Source: a virus (lineage: Duplodnaviria > Caudoviricetes). From it: a stretch of 64,000 nucleotides of DNA. Below, piece after piece: positions 59,901-64,000 of the stretch (positions within the stretch are counted from its first letter, which is position 1; each line of letters starts with the position of its first letter). The position numbers were made by a program, and so were the translations under genes. The notes under the pieces are model-generated. The model made no database searches, was not told the DNA's origin, and saw only the letters and a program-made list of their open reading frames with translations. Where the stretch lies: the IMG/VR virus record IMGVR_UViG_3300029305_011823; one strand, given 5' to 3'.

Positions 59901-62900
59901 ATTAGATGTAAGTAATTGGGATACTAGTAAAGTAACTAGTATGAGATATTTATTCGGTAACTGCCGCTCATTAACTACATTAGATGTAAGTAATTTTGAT
60001 ACTAGTAATGTAACTGATATGCAAAATATGTTCCATGAATGTCCTAAATTAACTTCATTAGATGTAAGTAATTGGGATACTAGTAAAGTAACTAGAATGG
60101 ACCGTATGTTTGATAATTGTCAATCATTAACTTCATTAAATGTAAGTAATTGGGATACTGGTAATGTAACTAATATGAGTCATATGTTCTATCAATGTAC
60201 TAATTTAACATCATTAGATGTAAGTGATTGGGATACTAGTAAAGTAAATCATATGGATAATATGTTCCGTAGTTGTCAATCATTAACTTCAATAGATGTA
60301 AGTAATTTTGATACTAGCAATGTAACTACTATGTATGCTATGTTCTATAACTGTAATCATTTAACTTCATTAGATGTAAGTAAATGGGATACTGGTAATG
60401 TAATTAATATGAGTTCAATGTTCAATATTTGTAATAAATTAACTTCATTAAATTTAAGTAATTTTGATACTAGTAATGTAACTAATATGAGTCATATGTT
60501 CTACGGGTGTAATGAATTAACTTCAATAGGAGATGTAAGTAACTGGGATGTTAGTAATGTAACCGATATGAGTGTGTTGTTCTGTGCTTGTAATAAATTA
60601 ACTTCATTAGATGTAAGTAAATGGGTTACTAGTAAAGTAACTAATATGTATGCTACGTTCTATAGATGTGAATTACTTCCTGTAATAAATGTAAGTAACT
60701 GGGATGTTAGTAAAGTAACTGATATGAGAAGTATGTTCGATAATTGTAGATCGTTAACTTCATTAGATGTAAGTAAATGGGATACTAGAAATGTAACTGA
60801 TATGGATACTATGTTTGCAGCTTGTAAAGCTTTAACAGCACTAGATGTAAGTAATTTTAATACTGGTAATGTAACTACTATGGCAGGTATGTTCAGAGAG
60901 TCTAATCTTCTTACTGAAATCGTAGGATTAAACAATTTCAATGTCTCTAAAGTTGAAAATATGGCTATGATATTCCATGGATGTTCTAATTTATTATCAC
61001 TTAATTTAAGTAACTGGAATACAGATAGTCTAATATATATTACTAACGATAATGAATCAGGTGGTATGTTTAGTGGTTGTCATAAATTACAATCAATAAC
61101 TTTTGGAGAAGGATTTAATACAAGTAAGGTTATTAATATGAAATATATGTTTGCTAGCTGTTTTGAGTTAGTAAATCTTGATGTAAGTAATTTTAATACT
61201 AGTAATGTAACTGATATGCAATATATGTTCTATTATTGTAATAAATTAACTTCATTAGATGTAAGTGGTTTTAATACTAGTAAAGTAACTAATATGCAAG
61301 CTATGTTCTACCAATGTACTGATTTAACTTCATTAGATGTAAGTAATTTTAATACTAGTAATGTAACTACTATGAATCATATGTTCTATAAATGTAGTAA
61401 TTTAACTTCATTAGATGTAAGTAAATGGGATGTTAGTAAAGTAAATAATATGTATTATATATTCCGTGCTTGTATGAGGTTAACTTCATTAGATGTAAGT
61501 AAATGGGATACTAGTAATGTAACTACTTTATATGGATCTTTCCAAGATTGTGCATCATTAACTTCATTAGATGTAAGTAATTGGAATACTAGTAATGTAA
61601 ATACTATGCATTATTCATTCGCCAACTGTGCTCAATTAACAACACTAGATCTTACTAGATGGGATACTAGTAAAGTAACTAATATGGCAGGCATGTTCCA
61701 TACATGCGTAAGATTAACTTCAATAAATGTAAGTAATTTTGATACTGGTAATGTAGGTACTATTGGACAAATGTTCTTCAATTGTCGTTTACTAACTGAA
61801 ATAATAGGTTTGGAAAACTGGGATGTTAGTAATGTAACCGATATGTCTGGTTTATTTTCTAAGTGTGAACAATTATCAATATTAAATATTTCTAATTGGA
61901 ATACTGAAAAACTAATTTATACAGTTTATACTGATGCTAATGGTGTTAAACAAGGTATATTCACTAATTGTAAAAACTTAACTTCATTAGATTTAAGTAA
62001 TTGGAATACCAGTAATGTAACTGATATGAGTTATATGTTCTCTGATTGTCAGTCATTAACTTCATTAGATGTAAGTGGTTTTAATACTAGTAATGTAATT
62101 GCTATGCGTTGGATGTTCCAAAATTGTCAATCATTAACTTCATTAGATGTAAGTGGTTTTAATACTGGTAATGTAACTGATATGACTTACATGTTCTTTG
62201 GTTGTCATAAGTTAACATCATTAGATGTAAGTAATTTTGATACTAGTAATGTAAATGCTATGCAAGGAGTGTTCCAATATTGTAAATCATTAACTTCATT
62301 AGATGTAAGTAATTGGGATACTAGCAAAGCACTTATTGTACATGGAATGTTTAATAATACTAAACTAATCACTGTCAATATTAGTAAATTTGATCTATCG
62401 AGTTTACAAGATGCTGGTAATCCTGCTACTCATATATTCTCTTGCGATGGTGCTAATACAGAACAAGGAATGTCATTAAAAACTGTTTATTTTACAGATG
62501 TAACATTACCTTATAAAGATTATAGTTCAATGTTCGCTAATAGAATAGGACTTAAATACGTTCAATGTAATAATGTTAATAACATTAATATGATAATAGG
62601 ACAAATTCCAGCTAGAACAGTAGAAGACCCAGGATTCTTTGTAACTAACGCTGATTATACATTAGATATGGAAGTTAATCTAGCTGCTAAAAACTGGAAT
62701 ATTGTTAACTTAAAAGAAGTTGGTAACGTTGTAGTTCAATATAAATATGATATGAATATCTATAGAGATTTGCTTCCAGTATTCAATCCTGAATTTACTG
62801 GATACTTCTGGATAGATGAAATTGAAGATGAAACTAAACCTAATATAGTAACTAGAACTATAAAATGTTTAGATGAGAATTTACCTACAATGGTTAGATT

Positions 62901-64000
62901 TGGTACATCCATTTCAGTAGATGTTGATTATGTACCTGGAGATGAAAAAGCATTAATAAGTGTCGATTACTTGAATACTGAAAATTTAACTTCATGTAAA
63001 TTAATGTTTAAAAAATGTGCAAATCTTACAAACGTAAATACTAGTGGATGGAATACTAGTAATGTAACTGATATGTATAGTATGTTCTCATATTGTGATA
63101 AATTAACTTCATTAGATGTAAGTAATTTTGATACTAGCAATGTAACTAATATGCAATATATGTTCTATAATTGTAATAAATTAACTACGATAGATGTAAG
63201 TAATTTTGATACTAGTAACGTTGCATACTTAACTAGTATGTTCTCTAGTTGTCAATTATTAACTTCATTAGATGTAAGTGGATTTAATACTAGTAAAGTA
63301 ACTAATATGCATGGAATGTTTAACTTATGTAGATCGTTAACTACGATAGATGTAAGTAATTTTGATACTAGTAAAGTAACTGATATGGCTGGTATGTTTT
63401 ATAATTGTCAATCATTAACTTCATTAGATGTAAGTAATTGGGACACTAGTAAAGTAACTCAGATGCATAATATGTTCTATAATTGTAATAAATTAACTTC
63501 ATTAGATGTAAGTAATTGGGATGTTAGTAATGTAATTACTATACAAGGTATATTCCATCAATGTAAATCATTAACTTCATTAGATGTAAGTAATTGGGAT
63601 ACTAGTAAAGTAACTAGAATGGATTATATGTTTTTCTATTGTAATAAATTGAATGCTTTAGATGTAAGTAAATGGAATACTAGTAAAGTAGTTAATATGT
63701 GTGGTATGTTCCAAGATTGTTATGGCTTAACTTCATTAGATGTAAGTAATTGGGATACTAGTAAAGTAACTACTATGCATTGTATGTTTTTATCATGTAT
63801 AGGATTAACACAAATTGATTTAAGTAATTGGGATACTAGTAAAGTAACTAGTATGAGTGAAATGTTCCGTAATGTTTCAAATGTTAATAAATTAGATTGT
63901 GGTAATTTTGATATGTCGCAAGTCGATATTATCAATTCCATGTTTAAAGCAATGGCACGATTAAAAGTACTTGATTTAACACATGTTGAATTTACTGCAG
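56959..64000 (+). CDS. giant BspA/DUF285-type leucine-rich-repeat protein (>2340 aa, runs off window)
   Basis: AGGAG RBS, ATG 56959, frame open wherever checked through 64000; N-terminal ISWGDG PKD-like motif; 26-aa repeat LTSLDVSNWDTSKVT.M..MF..C.. Confidence 0.9.
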   Translation, partial: MKIIYRGKSIEGRYQNDIIDQILFDEKIDRITKITVKIPYDNYSLKVVSSTDHITEDDAIISWGDGSGNFLQISEDNIASTIDESVIGQENEDPTVHIYNKAGIYDISGHFTFGKSSAPTDSMKECLVEVKNLTAKSDNLGGAFNGCENLRKFSIQTQLSPINTRYMFNNCANLIKADVAMIDMTNVTDAMRMFSNCNMLTTLDVSNWNTGNIKHIGWMFWRCYELTTLDVSNWNTSNVTSMEAAFHHCYKLEALDVSNWDVGKVEHLGHTFARCESISTLDVSKWDAKVVTNMNRTFYKCINLTSLNVSKFDTSNVTTFQGTFEECTNLTVIEGMINWNTAKVQKMGSMFNGCELLQDISTVINFDTQNVTNMSCLFKNCKAITSLDLSNFNTVNVTDLSGLLEGCSGLTNVNISGLNMTKNKTIANMFKDCINLESIQGIRDLNVSNITNMDYMFYGCEKLATLDLSNWVTSVKLTSMKAMFYGCKALTSLNVSGFNVSNVTDIVGIVDDVDHGLFDSCNAITEIIGIDRWHTGNITNMRSMFAGCNNLTSLDVSNFNTSNVTNMSRMFTSCKSLTSLDVNGFDTSNVTTTRDMFYNCQLLTSLDVSKWDTRNFTTLWGMFNQCYELTTLDVSKWDTSNVTSMWYTFNQCYKLTSLDVSNWNTSKVTSLAFTFRDCRVIKELKVSDWDTSQVTDMRCTFATCREITELDLHKWNTSKVTNMDSFIPYCTNLVKLDVSGWVTSNVTNMYGMFISCINLQKLDLGTWSARNVTNMKQMFYNCPSLTTLGDTTYFNPEKVTDMNQMFYNCEKLEEIRGIGNWVTGELTDIAAMFANCKALKYLDLGGFNVSKVVYPCANISGIEYGLFRDCNNIEYINGLENWETKNMTQMHYMFMRCHNLKRLDISNWNTANVTYMYHMFDDCEKMEELIIGENFDTSKVTSMQYMFYDCNQLTSLDVSNWNTSNVMYIENMFYNCNRLTSLDVSNWDTSKVTSMRYLFGNCRSLTTLDVSNFDTSNVTDMQNMFHECPKLTSLDVSNWDTSKVTRMDRMFDNCQSLTSLNVSNWDTGNVTNMSHMFYQCTNLTSLDVSDWDTSKVNHMDNMFRSCQSLTSIDVSNFDTSNVTTMYAMFYNCNHLTSLDVSKWDTGNVINMSSMFNICNKLTSLNLSNFDTSNVTNMSHMFYGCNELTSIGDVSNWDVSNVTDMSVLFCACNKLTSLDVSKWVTSKVTNMYATFYRCELLPVINVSNWDVSKVTDMRSMFDNCRSLTSLDVSKWDTRNVTDMDTMFAACKALTALDVSNFNTGNVTTMAGMFRESNLLTEIVGLNNFNVSKVENMAMIFHGCSNLLSLNLSNWNTDSLIYITNDNESGGMFSGCHKLQSITFGEGFNTSKVINMKYMFASCFELVNLDVSNFNTSNVTDMQYMFYYCNKLTSLDVSGFNTSKVTNMQAMFYQCTDLTSLDVSNFNTSNVTTMNHMFYKCSNLTSLDVSKWDVSKVNNMYYIFRACMRLTSLDVSKWDTSNVTTLYGSFQDCASLTSLDVSNWNTSNVNTMHYSFANCAQLTTLDLTRWDTSKVTNMAGMFHTCVRLTSINVSNFDTGNVGTIGQMFFNCRLLTEIIGLENWDVSNVTDMSGLFSKCEQLSILNISNWNTEKLIYTVYTDANGVKQGIFTNCKNLTSLDLSNWNTSNVTDMSYMFSDCQSLTSLDVSGFNTSNVIAMRWMFQNCQSLTSLDVSGFNTGNVTDMTYMFFGCHKLTSLDVSNFDTSNVNAMQGVFQYCKSLTSLDVSNWDTSKALIVHGMFNNTKLITVNISKFDLSSLQDAGNPATHIFSCDGANTEQGMSLKTVYFTDVTLPYKDYSSMFANRIGLKYVQCNNVNNINMIIGQIPARTVEDPGFFVTNADYTLDMEVNLAAKNWNIVNLKEVGNVVVQYKYDMNIYRDLLPVFNPEFTGYFWIDEIEDETKPNIVTRTIKCLDENLPTMVRFGTSISVDVDYVPGDEKALISVDYLNTENLTSCKLMFKKCANLTNVNTSGWNTSNVTDMYSMFSYCDKLTSLDVSNFDTSNVTNMQYMFYNCNKLTTIDVSNFDTSNVAYLTSMFSSCQLLTSLDVSGFNTSKVTNMHGMFNLCRSLTTIDVSNFDTSKVTDMAGMFYNCQSLTSLDVSNWDTSKVTQMHNMFYNCNKLTSLDVSNWDVSNVITIQGIFHQCKSLTSLDVSNWDTSKVTRMDYMFFYCNKLNALDVSKWNTSKVVNMCGMFQDCYGLTSLDVSNWDTSKVTTMHCMFLSCIGLTQIDLSNWDTSKVTSMSEMFRNVSNVNKLDCGNFDMSQVDIINSMFKAMARLKVLDLTHVEFTA
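57380..64000 (+). repeat. coding tandem repeat, ~78-bp unit, roughly 70+ copies in two blocks (break ~62400-62950)
   Basis: ttaacttcattagatgtaagtaattgggatactagtaaagtaact recurs with ~33-bp variable segments; copy number estimated from length. Confidence 0.9.

Noticed and set aside
3159-63941. Short ORFs antisense to or nested within long genes (e.g. 3159-3392, 9647-10204, 23150-23530, 55331-55633, 57852-58316, 60660-60941)
   Set aside because: No RBS, shadow the codon pattern of the real gene, no recognisable motifs
57380-64000. CRISPR-like array (constant ~45 bp + variable ~33 bp)
   Set aside because: Unit length is a multiple of 3, lies in one open frame, and the 'spacers' keep M..MF..C codons; no cas genes in the window
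1-64000. Bacterial chromosome origin (ligA, gyrAB, infA, glgP, srtB, rpoB-like)
   Set aside because: Core genes are highly divergent, RNAP beta is split into two paralogous fragments, bacterial operon context is missing, and phage-type promoters, endolysin and structural genes are interspersed

Overview
This AT-rich window (about 25% GC by eye) is gene-dense, with mostly minus-strand genes and Firmicute-type GGAGG ribosome-binding sites. It reads as part of a phiKZ/AR9(PBS1)-like jumbo phage genome, probably infecting a Clostridia-type host (inference). Core genes: two different RNA polymerase beta C-terminal subunits (non-virion and virion type), NAD-dependent ligase, RecA/UvsX, GyrA/GyrB-like topoisomerase, DnaB-like and RecD/Dda-like helicases, SbcD, a PD-(D/E)xK nuclease and putative virion proteins. 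The amidase endolysin is split by a 1006-nt group I intron carrying an HNH gene. A collagen-like protein and a >2300-aa BspA/DUF285 leucine-rich-repeat protein running off the right end follow it. Host-like genes include glycogen phosphorylase, IF-1, peptidase E and an HD hydrolase. Two promoter classes can be read directly: an AR9-like late motif AACA-N6-TA/G (about 22 copies) and a putative early motif TTTCRAT-N3-ATATTATA (about 11 copies). The two most striking unexplained elements are (1) a phage-encoded class B sortase next to a candidate substrate with a DPNTG sorting signal and a lipoprotein, and (2) an approximately 350-nt structured non-coding RNA at 12826-13181. The RNA has two tandem covarying domains enclosed by a 29-bp inverted repeat and starts at a late promoter. 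All calls come from reading motifs by eye; no database searches were run.
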